39,858 nucleotides of DNA from Sarea resinae. Its lineage: Eukaryota. The translations under genes and the position numbers were made by a program. The DNA lies in NCBI GenBank assembly GCA_026026165.1, contig JAPEUD010000038.1, positions 186,001-225,858 of the forward strand. The letters are read 5' to 3'. A model generated the notes under the pieces. The model ran no database searches, was not told the DNA's origin, and saw only the letters and a program-made list of their open reading frames with translations. Positions 10,680 through 21,532 of the stretch are shown one piece after another (within the stretch, counting starts at the first letter, position 1; the number at the start of each line of letters is the position of its first letter).

Positions 10680-12029
10680 ATGAAGGCGTCCGCCGTCCGC
10701 TCTCTGCGCTCCCTAACCGCGAAGATCCACCCTCCCCTCTCGCTCAATCCAAGGGAGTCCCAACAGCTCCTGAGCCTCCTAACTTCCTCGTTCAGACGCG
10801 AACTCAATCGAGAGCATCCTTCATTGGCTCAAGACGACGCTCACCGAGCATCTCACGGCATACAGAATGGATTGCAGCGGACGAGCCCGGTGGACCATGC
10901 GGAGAAGCTGGTCAATTCAGGCTATTCATCTTCAGTCTCGACGGATCGCCACTTCGAGGCCATACTGACGAATCCCTTATTTGCTCGAAAAAGAGAAAGG
11001 CGATTATCGTCTGCACGTATGCCAAGGTCTCGAAGGGGAAGTTGGGATGAGGCTCAACGTATGGTCAATGACCCTATGGGTTGGTTCGAAGAAAAGGTCT
11101 CTTTGGGGGAAGCGAATGTGGCCGCGGCAAGGAATTGCTTGGAGGCGTACGAGAAGGTCCTCCTTGGCTCTCCCGAATTTTCCCTGAAAACAAGCATGCA
11201 ACGGTCCGGCGCAGGAGCAAAAGTTCTGAGTTGGGTCCGGGCGAGCGGACTTCAAGAGTCGGCCGAATTCCTGTCTGACAGGTGCTTCATTCGCATATTT
11301 GTCCGGTTCCTGGTTGCCGAAGGTCTGCACAGTCGAGTACTGCAATGGTTAGAGCTTCCCGTATCCACCCCGGGGATAGCTCTCACGCTCGAAGACGAGG
11401 CTAGCGAGCGAGCTTCGAAGAATAAGGGCTGGCTTCTTTTCCAGCTGGTCAAAGCAGAGATGTCTTTGGGCAGTGGGATAGATGAAGCTACCGAGACTTT
11501 CCTACGAGCGGTGGCAGTGAGGGACTCGTTTTCTGCGCCATCGACCAAAGCAGGCGTTCATGTGCTCGGGTCAGCAGGGGGCTATCTTACGGAGCAGTGG
11601 GCTCATCTCTCGGATTCCGTCGACCACGATGTGGCCTTGTTCGACGCCTTTGCCGCGAGTGTCAAGCTGTGGTCCTTTAACAACAAAATCTTCTCCGCAA
11701 GGATCCAACTTCATCATCCAACCGCTCCCTCGACGCGTCTTGCCCTGAGGGTTTTGGAAAACGCGTCGAACAATGCGCCTGCCAAGCTCACGCCGAGAGC
11801 GCGACGGAGGCTATGTCAGTTGGGATTAGAAACGGCACAGTTACTGCTTGACCAGCGGAGGCTCAGCGATGGAACGCGCTTGATGGATCTGCTGCAAACC
11901 CATTTTGCTGCCGAATTGGGCGTTGAACGAGATGAGAACGCGGTTGGGGAGAAGCCGGCCGAGGAACAGTCGGCAGCGAGCCTCGAAGCCACCAATCTCC
12001 ATCTTCTAGAAGGGTTGGATCTGCAATGA
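10680..12029 (+). CDS. Uncharacterised protein (449 aa), probably mitochondrial and helical
   Basis: Intronless ORF with good start context (CACCATGA). The N-terminus MKASAVRSLRSLTAKIHPPL is rich in R/S/L/A and lacks acidic residues, like a presequence. No family recognised. Confidence 0.8.
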   Translation: MKASAVRSLRSLTAKIHPPLSLNPRESQQLLSLLTSSFRRELNREHPSLAQDDAHRASHGIQNGLQRTSPVDHAEKLVNSGYSSSVSTDRHFEAILTNPLFARKRERRLSSARMPRSRRGSWDEAQRMVNDPMGWFEEKVSLGEANVAAARNCLEAYEKVLLGSPEFSLKTSMQRSGAGAKVLSWVRASGLQESAEFLSDRCFIRIFVRFLVAEGLHSRVLQWLELPVSTPGIALTLEDEASERASKNKGWLLFQLVKAEMSLGSGIDEATETFLRAVAVRDSFSAPSTKAGVHVLGSAGGYLTEQWAHLSDSVDHDVALFDAFAASVKLWSFNNKIFSARIQLHHPTAPSTRLALRVLENASNNAPAKLTPRARRRLCQLGLETAQLLLDQRRLSDGTRLMDLLQTHFAAELGVERDENAVGEKPAEEQSAASLEATNLHLLEGLDLQ

Positions 12030-13472
12030 ACACGGCGCGTTTTCTTTGGGATACGGGGCGTGGGGCCGGGTCGGATACCCTACCGAGGGTCTCTCTTGTT
12101 TCGGGGCAATCACGCGTCGGGAGATACATCTCATGGCGTCTAGCGAGTCATGGAGTCTAGGGTTGCTTCTTCTTGAAATCTGTTCATATAGCGCATTGAT
12201 GAGCTTGAGGAATGCCATATTCCTCGCGAGCCTCGAGGCAGTCCGAATACTCTAATTGATTCGAGACATATGTCGGATGACTAAACCCTTAGTCACACAG
12301 TCACCATTTACTCGAAGTACTCCGTACGTACGCAGTACTGTCAGGACAATGCTCTCTGCGTAGGAGTACTACGTATCTGTACTCTAGTAGGTACTCTATG
12401 AACAAAGGGACGGCGTAGGTACACTCCGGCTAATGACGCGGTGTTCTGCCGTCCATGTGGGGAAACCTCGAGGATCATCAATGGGATCGCCCAGCGGCCG
12501 TCGATATGACGTCCGCGGTGTTTACGTGCCGAGTGGGGCTGTTGGGGCTGTCCATAATATCTTGACTGGAATCGTCTCTTCTCTTGTTTCTCGTGCGGTC
12601 AGTCGAAGCTCGAGAGGAAACGAGGACGATGAGACGAGATGATCTCATCGTCCCCGGCCCATCGGGCCACTTCCCAACCACGAACTTGACACACGCAAAC
12701 AGGAAGACTCCATATGCATCATAGCATTGGGATCGCGACCGTCCAGCCGCCCGCGCTCGTGCTCGCCGCTCGTGCTGGTGCCATGGCCTCGAGCTCACCG
12801 CGCTGGCGCTTTCTCGATGGGGTAGATGGGGTAGATGGGGCAAATGCATTACCCCATCATTGGCCCCCATCGCACCTGCCTTGGCGATGATTTGCACCCG
12901 CTGTGGTCGTACCTGACGGACCATGCCTCTTTCTTCTGGCGGCTAACCAGAACAGCCCTGCCGACCTGCCCGAATGCGATGTGTTGCTGTCTGGATCGAG
13001 CAATTAAGGACCTTAAGGACCTTACCCCATACCCGCCTTACCTTGCTTGCCATCAACATTCCGACATTCCAAACTTAGATCCATCGTCCTTCCATTCCCC
13101 GCCCAATATATCCGTCCGTGTGCGCGCGTGCGTCCTCGACTCTTCTAGTCACATCCATCATATATCCATCCCCGGTTGCCTCGTCGTCTCGTAACTGATG
13201 CTTGAACCGTCGGTGTTGTGACGCTATCGCGATCAACAAACAGTATTGCAACTTGGAATTGCGATTCCGGATAGATATCTCCTTTTCCTTCGCTGAGGAT
13301 CCATCTCGCACCAGAGCTCTCAGGTCGCGCTCACTGCATATCCATCTCGAGCTCGTTGCGCGCAAGCTGCTTACCCTTCTATCAATCTGCGACGGCGCGT
13401 AAATCCCGGCGCAGGACAGCATCCACCAAGATTACCACGTCACGTCTCGTCAAGCGTCGCACCAGAAACAAG

Positions 13473-14245
13473 ATGGCCGATAAAGACATCCAAAAAGGCG
13501 ACCAAGGTATGCTCTCCATCCTCAGTCCATCCTCAGCTCTATCCCTCTCTCTCCCACCTTTGGCTCCCACCCCCTTTTCTAACCATCGGCCTCCCCCAAA
13601 CTCCCCCAAAACAGCATCTCACTAACCCTGCCCTCTCTCTCAGTATCATGGCAGTGGTCCAGCGGCCGTCCAGGCGGCACCGCAGCCGAAATAGCCACCG
13701 AGGGCGAGATCGCCATCCAGTCCAAACGGGGCAACACGATCAAAAAGAACGCCGACGCGGACAACCCAGCCGTGCACATCGAGCGGCCCGGCAACGACGT
13801 CGTGAAGCGGGCCAGCGAGCTGGATGTCGAGGAGAAGAAATCCGGGCCTCCTCAAGGCGCGCATGCCGAAAAGACAGAGGAGAAGCAAACCAACGGCACG
13901 GACCAGAAAGAGGACGAGAGCCGGAAGGGCGAGAAGCGGAAACACGACCATGACGATGTGGATACTGACGCCGCCAACAACAACGCTAAAACCAACGGCG
14001 AGAAATCCCACCCCACCGACCCGGACTCGGGTGAGAAAGACGCCAAGAAACAGAAAACCAACGGCTCCTCTTCTTCTGCTCCCAAACAGCCCGAAGAAGC
14101 GGCGCAGAAGAAGAAACCGGGCCGGCCGAAGAAGGGCGACGAGAAACCGAAACCGTCGGCCGCGTCGGGAGACAAAAAGGATTCCAAGACTCGCGGGCCG
14201 GTCAATGGTGATACGGTGGGTAGTCGGACCAGGTCGAAGACTTGA
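13473..14245 (+). CDS. Hva1-type Tudor-like domain protein (DUF2945 family) with a charged, disordered tail; exons 13473-13506, 13644-14245
   Basis: Intron 13507-13643 (GTATGC..CACTAAC..CAG) yields MADKDIQKGDQVSWQWSSGRPGGTAAEI...KRGNTIKKNADADNPAVHIERPGNDVVKRASEL, which matches the remembered family pattern. The tail has an AT-hook-like KKPGRPKK. Confidence 0.85.
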
Positions 14246-14689
14246 GTGGGGGAGAGAGAGGAGGGAGTGGAGGGAGTGGAGACAATTCCCCCTTGGACCG
14301 GACTGGACTGGATTGGACTATAGATCCGGAGGCGGAGATTTCTTCTCTTTTCTTTCATTTGGGTGCGGTGAGATGGGGCGCGATGAGAAAACAGAAAGAA
14401 GAGTGGCCACCAAGGAAAAGGGTACTTTTGTCTTTTTGGTTTCCGGCTCCTTTTCTTGTTTTCGTCGTACTGGCTTCACAGGCCGGACGGAGGGGCAGGG
14501 CCAGGGTGTCTTGAGAATAAAAACTATTGCTGCTTTGCTGCGTTGTGCTTTTTGGTGGCTTTTGGTTTCCTTTTTCTGTCTGTTTTCTGCTTGTCTTTTC
14601 ACCCCCTTTTATCTCTCTCTCTATGCCTCCGTCCCTCCCTCTCTCCTTGTCTCGACTCCTCTCTTAGCCCCTTTCTCTCGATAAGTACT

Positions 14690-15682
14690 AGATTCACCTC
14701 GACCTACTAGTCGCACAGACCCCTCTTCCCCTCTCTCCCTAAGATGATAATAAACAAACAGTCTATTGATCTAACAAACTATCAATCAGTCAATCAGTCA
14801 ATCAAACGATCAATCAATCAATCCAACCAATAGATACTAGTTGTAGAGTGTAAAGCAGGGTAGGCCTACGTGTATAATAGCCACGAAGAGATTGACGTTA
14901 CGATTAGTGTTAGGATTGAGATTGATGTTGAGTTGAGACGAGGGATAAGGCGAGGCGAGGGAAGCTCTAGGGAGGGAGGCAGTGTATGTAGATAGATAGA
15001 TAGAAGTAAGTGGGATAGAAGTGAGATGAATAGATAGATTAGTCGATAGGTGGATAGATAGATAGATGTATATCTATAAAGGTATAACACCATATTGATA
15101 TAATAATGTAACAAACATGCTAACTCTAACAGAATACAAAGAGTATACAGATCATCAGGCGATATCAATATATCAAGATATATACAGATAGACAGCAACT
15201 TCTCTCCTACTACTCTCTAAACCCTCTAACCCACCCCCCCCTTTTTTTTTTCTCCCCCTCTGAACACACAAGATGCTATCAAGCTGTATACGCTACGCTA
15301 CGCTACAATACAATACACTACGCACGTTCTATAGTACAGTATAGTATAATCTAACGCAGCACAATCCAACCTAATACACATAGACATAGACCTAAATCCC
15401 CCCTGTGTCAATGTCTTTATACTACCTACTTTACTACCTACCTACCTACCTACCTACCTACCTAGGTAATTTCCAAGGCCAAGTAAGCGTTAGCAGTAGT
15501 AGTAGTAGTAGTAGTGGCGGTGGTGGTGGTGGTGGTGGCTGTAGTGGTTGTGTTAGCGTTAGCGTTAGTGTAAGTGTTAGTTGTCACTAATTGATTGTTT
15601 ACTATTGATGCTGTAAGTGTTTATTGATTAGTGTCTATGAATGGCTCTAGATGTTGAAGATCTGGCTGGCTAGCTAGGGTGT

Positions 15683-15748
<66 letters not shown>

Positions 15749-16080
15749 TGTGTGTGTAGTGTGTTAAGGGATAGATAGATGATGAGATTGATAGATAATG
15801 AGATAGATGGGTGGATTACAAGACAGGGGGAATAGGTGGGTTGGCAAGCAGGCAAGCAGGAAGGCAGGCAGGTAGGTAGGTCGGACGGTAGATACGAAGG
15901 CAAGTAGGAACGTAGGTTTGAAGAAAGATAGTTGGTGGGTGGGTAGGTGGGTAGTTCGGAAAGGAGGTGGAAAGGCAGATAGAGCTCAGAGATTTACAAT
16001 AGCTACTAAATACATGGAAGTGGACATGCAGATGTGATGCAATACAATTCAGATGCAAGATCGATACGAATACGCCGACT
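14690..16080. repeat. Compound microsatellite / low-complexity island: (ATCA)n, (GATA)n, (CGCTA)n, (CTAC)n, (AGT)n, (GGT)n, (AG)31, (TG)n, (GGCA/GGTA)n
   Basis: Directly visible, e.g. (CTAC)n at ~15435-15462, (AGT)n/(GGT)n at ~15495-15538 and (AG)31 at 15685-15746. It lies between two convergent gene ends. Confidence 0.9.
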
Positions 16081-16282
16081 GCTACTATGCCAAGTATCTA
16101 ATGTTGCAGAGATAGAGACGAACAGAAAGGCCTTCGCCAGAAGCCAACTCCGCTTCAAGAGATACGCGGCGACACCACCACACCACAGCACGGCACACTC
16201 CACCACGCTCTCTATCCATCAATTCGCCAGCAAAGTCCCTCTCTCCTCCCGAGAATTCTTTCCATGGACATAAAGACGGGAA

Positions 16283-18361
16283 TCACACCACGTCCGCCGC
16301 GCCAGGCCTCTCCATCTCGTAGAACAGCAGATAGACTTCCTTCTGCATGCCGAGCACATCGGCCGTCTTGCTCTCCTTGATCTTATCATCGCTGATCCGC
16401 CACCAGCGCTCGTTCTTTTCTTTGTCCTTTTTCGATCGATGGTGGCTGAAGCTGGAGTGCCGCCGGAGGCGCGACGTGTCGGAGATGGAGCGCGACCGTT
16501 TTGGCTGGCTTGCCGGGGTTGGCGTTGTGGACGAGCTGGAGACGGTGGATTTGCGTTGGAGCGTGGCCGATGCGGATACCGAGGTGGTGCGATGGTGATG
16601 GTGGGAGTGGCTTGTGGGGTCGGATGTAGTTGGCGTGCTTTTGGTATGCGCCGAAGATGGTTCCATGGATAATGGCGGGAGCGAGATGTGCTTTCCCAGG
16701 TGGGCGGGCGAAGAGTCCGAGGAAGGGCGCGCGGAGGAGACGTCGGCCGAGGAAGTCGACGCGGAAGAGGACGAGAGGAGATAGGATTGGTCTGGGCTAG
16801 GGGAGATGGCGAGGCGCTCTTTCTTGGGAACGGTGGCTGAGACGCGTGGACTGGATATTGTGGAAGACGGATTAGGACTGGTAGACGAGTTGGGTGAGCT
16901 ACTGCTGAGGCTGATGGGATTTGGGTGAGGATATAGGTTCGAGCTCGATCCCGGCGGCGGAGACGGTGGGGATAGACTCTGTCGCCTGAACGATTCGTAG
17001 TGTCCGCTATTGTGGCTGCCCTTGTGCATGACAAGACCGAAGAGCTTGTATCTCTTCTGATGGAGGATGCCGCCCAGAGGCAATCTTTCGGGGAAGGCAA
17101 CTTTGGCTGCGTTCTTGACCGATGCACTGCGAGTGTCATAGATAGAGCGTGATAGATGGATGGCCATGATCTTCGGAAATGAGATGATACGTGTATGTCT
17201 GGCTATCTTCCGCCTTGGGGCGTACTTGATATCGGGCAAGACCAAACCCTTGGGCGGTCTCTCGGGATCTTCTCGGAGCACCTTTTCGATTTTGTACATT
17301 TCGGATTCTATCGAAGCCTTCTCGGTGTCGGATTTGGCCTTTGCTAGCGCCTGGGACCGAAGCTGGAACGCGTGTTCGAGCCGACATCTTTCGCATTTAA
17401 AGTCCTCGATATATTCCGTCTTGAAGAGTCCGTCAAAGCAAGCGTTGAGTGAGGTGGAGCTTTGCTGAGGGACGTTAAGGGTCAACGTGACAAAGGTGGA
17501 TTTTTTCGGCTTGGGCTTAAAGTGACATGTTAGACACTCGATTTGTGATTCCAATAATCCTTCGAACGGGAAGCCATCTTCTTTTTCTTCAGGGAGTGCT
17601 TGGGCTTCAAGATGTTGCCGCTCAGCTTCTGATACTCCGTTGGTCTCCTTCTTCACTCCGTTGCCTTGTCCCTCAGCCTGTCCGTCACCTTGCTCGTTGC
17701 CTTGCCCGTCACCTTGCTCGTTGCCTTGCCTGTCACCTTGGCCGTCGTCTTCTCTGCCGCCGTCCTTTGCTAAATGTGGCTGGGACACCGATCGGCGCTT
17801 CCGCGCTTGCCGTCGCGCCTCATACCCTGCATGATATTCGTCGCTCAAACGCTCTGCCACGATCTGCAAGAATTCTTGAGCATCCTGCTGTTGCCTACTC
17901 AACCGGGTCCGAAACGCATGCTCGAGAGCTGCCACAAAGGCCTCGGCCGATATTGTCTTTTTGTATATTGGTCTCTCATTCAGCTTGTCTAGCAGACTTT
18001 TCAATGCTTGCGTTACGATAGCTCTCTGCAATGCCTGCTGCTTCCAATCATCCGCGCTGCTCTTCCCGCGGCTATCCGCTGCCAGTCTCGAGACCTCGGG
18101 CCCATCTAGCTTTCTTCGGTGCAGTTCGCGGACGAGGTAATCGCGTAGATCGTCGAGGCCGGCGAGGGCCTGAAGGACGGAATTGATGAAGCAATCGTTT
18201 GCCGGGTTCGAGAGGCCGACGGCGCCTTTCTTGCGGGAACTACTGGAGGCGTCTGAGGAGCCGCCATCAATAAAGGTCGGACCAAAGACGTACACGAGGG
18301 TAATGGCTGCCAGAGAAGCTCCCGCAGCATAAGTGGCGATGGTGAGCGGCCTGTCTGGCAT
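16283..18361 (-). CDS. UBP16: Ubiquitin C-terminal hydrolase (USP/C19 family), Ubp16/USP30-like, with N-terminal membrane anchor (692 aa)
   Basis: Cys box GLSNPANDCFINSVLQAL, QQQDAQEFL, His box HKGSHNSGHY and WWRISDDKI. N-terminal TM ATYAAGASLAAITLVYVFGPTF. The first in-frame ATG is at 18361; the track's 18568 start is a TTG. Confidence 0.9.
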   Translation of the reverse strand: MPDRPLTIATYAAGASLAAITLVYVFGPTFIDGGSSDASSSSRKKGAVGLSNPANDCFINSVLQALAGLDDLRDYLVRELHRRKLDGPEVSRLAADSRGKSSADDWKQQALQRAIVTQALKSLLDKLNERPIYKKTISAEAFVAALEHAFRTRLSRQQQDAQEFLQIVAERLSDEYHAGYEARRQARKRRSVSQPHLAKDGGREDDGQGDRQGNEQGDGQGNEQGDGQAEGQGNGVKKETNGVSEAERQHLEAQALPEEKEDGFPFEGLLESQIECLTCHFKPKPKKSTFVTLTLNVPQQSSTSLNACFDGLFKTEYIEDFKCERCRLEHAFQLRSQALAKAKSDTEKASIESEMYKIEKVLREDPERPPKGLVLPDIKYAPRRKIARHTRIISFPKIMAIHLSRSIYDTRSASVKNAAKVAFPERLPLGGILHQKRYKLFGLVMHKGSHNSGHYESFRRQSLSPPSPPPGSSSNLYPHPNPISLSSSSPNSSTSPNPSSTISSPRVSATVPKKERLAISPSPDQSYLLSSSSASTSSADVSSARPSSDSSPAHLGKHISLPPLSMEPSSAHTKSTPTTSDPTSHSHHHHRTTSVSASATLQRKSTVSSSSTTPTPASQPKRSRSISDTSRLRRHSSFSHHRSKKDKEKNERWWRISDDKIKESKTADVLGMQKEVYLLFYEMERPGAADVV
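17660..17746 (-). repeat. Coding minisatellite (24-bp unit, ~3.5 copies) encoding GQGD(R/G)QGNEQ-like repeats inside the USP domain insertion
   Basis: ccgtcaccttgctcgttgccttgc repeated with variants; protein DDGQGDRQGNEQGDGQGNEQGDGQAEGQGNG. Confidence 0.85.
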
Positions 18362-19164
18362 GTCCACAATCAAGATGACAGAGCCGTTTGCCGGAGGATT
18401 GGAAGGGTGGCGACGCGAGCGAGCCCGTGGGGAGAGGCCTGACGGAGAAGGGAAGCTTCGGCAATCACGCCTTTCCTCATAGTCTCCGACACGCTGCTTG
18501 AAACGGGAAGAGAGAGCAAGGTAGTCAATAAGAGGAAAATGAATGGCGAGGCAGAGAAAGAGGGACAAGGGCGAGGGAGCTAGGATGAAGCAGCGACTGG
18601 AGTCATCTGAGGAGGGGGTGCAGAGAGTTGGATGATGGGCGAGATTAGGAATGATGTCGATGGCATGAGGGGCTCTATTCTAGCATGGTTTATTTTGCCG
18701 TAGCTCACCGCACTGCATTTGCATTTCTATCGATTGGGGAATGATCCATCGTGGGGGGGGGGATCCATTCACATCGATTTTAGGCTTCAGTTTGTCTGGA
18801 GATGGGAGACTGCGGACACTGCACTGCACATTAACATGCATAACAGCAGAGTATGACCTCTCGGACCCTTATGCCGACCGAGACATCTCCATGCCCTGCT
18901 CATGTTGGACTGCGCAGTACTCCCGGTAGAGCGCGAAGTCACGACTCCATCTTCCCCCACGCGCACTACTGCGGTAGAGCTTCGCGCACCAAGGCATCGG
19001 ATCCATTCATTGCCTTAGTAAGATACAGTAGTACCCCGTACGGTCGATGCTTCGAACTCAACACGCAAGGCCTTCACGTGACCTGGCGATTTGCTCAGGC
19101 TGCTCTCTGGCTTGCTACCTACCTCCTACGGACTACTCTAGTCTATCCTTTTATCGTCATCGCA

Positions 19165-20145
19165 ATGGCTTCACACTTGGGGGCTTTGCGCATTCCGCAA
19201 TGTCTTTCCTGCGTCCGGCAGTTGAGCGGCACTGCCGGCGCGGGCTTTTCGTCCGCTCTCCGACAACAGATCCGGGGAAAGAAGAAGCTCGCTCGACCGA
19301 CTTCGTCAATCCGAGTTCGCCTGCTGCAGGACGTGACCAGATATGGCCGACAGGGTACGAGCTACAATTGGCTTGAGTCGTTCAGTGCTGATTGATATGC
19401 TTTTGTAGGTGCCATTGTGCCTATCGCGGCTGGCCGTATGCGCAATCGGTGGTACCCCGAGGGCATGGCCGAATACGTGACAGAGGCCCAGCTCAAGCAT
19501 TTACAGTCCCAGGAGGTGCCAATGGAGCGAGACTTCAACTTCCGGCCCGGGGAAGCGCTGCAGAAGGCCAAGGTCGAGATCGAGGCTGCAGCTCAGGTCA
19601 AGCCGAGAGTCAAGACGGTAGCAGAAATGGATATCGAGATACTGACGGTAAGTCACCTCTGAGATGTCATACGGGCGTTCTTCTACAATGAATGGCATTT
19701 GCTGATTACTCCGCAGCCGGACCGAGCTACGCAAGTCGTATCCAATCTTCTCCCTTCGAAGATTGAATTCTATCGGACACCGATTCCAGCACCCAAGCCA
19801 GAGAAGCCTGCCCATGATACGTCTCGGGCCCCGTCCATCAATTCGGCTGCCGCAGACTTTGCGGCCGCCTCCGAACCGCTGCCAAAAACAGAACCGCTTG
19901 GTATCTATGGGTCGGTATCGACGGGGGATATTGCTTCAAGCATCAAGGCTTTCTTGGATAACAATGAAGAAGCTTCGAAAGTCAACCTTTCGGCAGAGGA
20001 TATTTCGTTTATCGGTGGGCCTACACCGTCAGACAACGCCGAGGTCGATCGGGTCAAGCACTTGGGAGATTTCGAAATCGAGATCAAAATCAAGGGAGCG
20101 GAAGAAACGATAAGAAGAGTCGTTGTCGTCAGACCTCAGGCCTAA
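19165..20145 (+). CDS. MRPL50: Mitochondrial ribosomal protein bL9m; exons 19165-19354, 19409-19647, 19717-20145
   Basis: Presequence-like N-terminus ending QQIRGKKK, then the L9 N-domain IRVRLLQDVTRYGRQG/AIVPIAAGRMRNRWYP. The L9 C-domain shows IYGSVSTGDIA and RVKHLGDFEIEI. Introns 19355-19408 and 19648-19716 are GT-AG with GCTGAT branch points. Confidence 0.88.
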
Positions 20146-21346
20146 GAACTGTTTGAGCTCTACAGATCGACATTATCTAGCGGTGAAGCGAAGCATAGCA
20201 TGCGTGGTTGTGCAGAGGTGAAAGATAAACTTCTATGTAAAGTGTTTGTATACTACTGGGTGTTGTAGTTCAAAATCGATATTATGGAATTCGGTTCAAG
20301 AAGAGCCGCGTGAATATTATGCTTATTTGTGGCCAAAATGACGCATGATAGCCTCGAGAATAAGGCTGCTGAAGCTGACGTTTGGCTTACCTCTTATCGC
20401 GAGCAGTGAGCACAAAACATATATAACGCATGCCTACGATTGAGAGAGCAGTCCCATCTCACGCCACAGAGATAGACGAGAACAGGCGGTAAACCTTACG
20501 ACTGACGGGGGAGCGAGTTTCATTACTCAAATCGAGTCGCAAAAGGTTTGAGATGAGATAGTGGCTAGTGAACGTGGACCATGCGGAAATCTCCTGACGA
20601 GATACGAACGCCTGAGCGCCGGGCGCTCGTCAATAATCAGAGGAATGAACAATAGGTAGTCAGGACGTGCCATGTCATTGTGTCCCGGCGACCGATGTTG
20701 GACTTGAAGCAAAATATAGAGAGCTGGTAAAAGTACTGATTAGATATATGCTTATTTCAAGTTTGTAGGGATCGACGGGACAGGACCTGTTGATGGATTT
20801 TGATGGCAGGAAAACTGCAATGCCCAAGGTTGGAGGGATTAATCGGTACGAGATTCGGGCTAGATACCTCTTTGGTACGGGATTTTTGTGGTGTCGACAA
20901 ATCAGAACGACGAACAGGGCGGAAGTGTTCGGAGTGGTGCGAGTGGAGTTACTCGCGTGCTTGTTACCTCCGGTACTCTTCAAGTAATCAGTACCTGGAA
21001 TTGTGCCGAGAGGTTGGTGAGGAAATAAGTCACCCAGTCCAGAGACTGGACGGTTGAAGGACTACGACCAAAAGCGAGCGAGAGCCCCCACCGACTGACG
21101 CCAGACTGACCCAAGCTTGCCATGTATTCGCCGTAGTGAGTAGGCCCCTCCATTGACTTTCGGCCTCATTCTACTCACCTCTAACCCATCCCTCAAGCCG
21201 AACGTCATAAGAGACTCAACTTCTCCACCTGCCGCTGCACCTTTCTCTCATATATCAATCTCCGTCCTCGCCCAAACATTCCGTACATCCATCCTCATTA
21301 AAAGTCAATTCACTGCGTTACGATTCCATATACCCCAAAACAAATT

Positions 21347-21513
21347 GTGAGTATCCCTTCACCGTTCCAACCTATTCCCAACGCTCGCCAGAGCTCGCCC
21401 CACCGCTAGTGTCTTCACCCCTCCAACCTCATCATGATCCTCCTCAGTTGGATTCTTCAGGCGTCCCGTCTACAGGAACACAGCATACATAGTTGCTGAC
21501 CTCAATTGCACAG
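21347..21513 (+). other. 5'UTR intron of FBA1
   Basis: GTGAGT donor at 21347, GCTGAC branch at ~21495 and CACAG acceptor at 21513, ending 19 nt before the ATG (TCAAAATGG). Confidence 0.75.
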
Positions 21514-21532
21514 AAAATACTCAATAATCAAA

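Noticed and set aside
13824..14684. 286-aa Arg-rich alternative-frame ORF overlapping the Hva1-like gene
   Set aside because: Shadow frame of a GC-rich CDS running into a T-rich 3'UTR, with no domain-like content.
18362..18568. 69-codon N-terminal extension of UBP16
   Set aside because: It starts at TTG, and the membrane anchor directly follows the ATG at 18361, as expected for this family.
18853..19164. 104-codon in-frame upstream extension of bL9m
   Set aside because: It would bury the presequence that starts at 19165 (good GCAATGG context), and the sequence is promoter-like.
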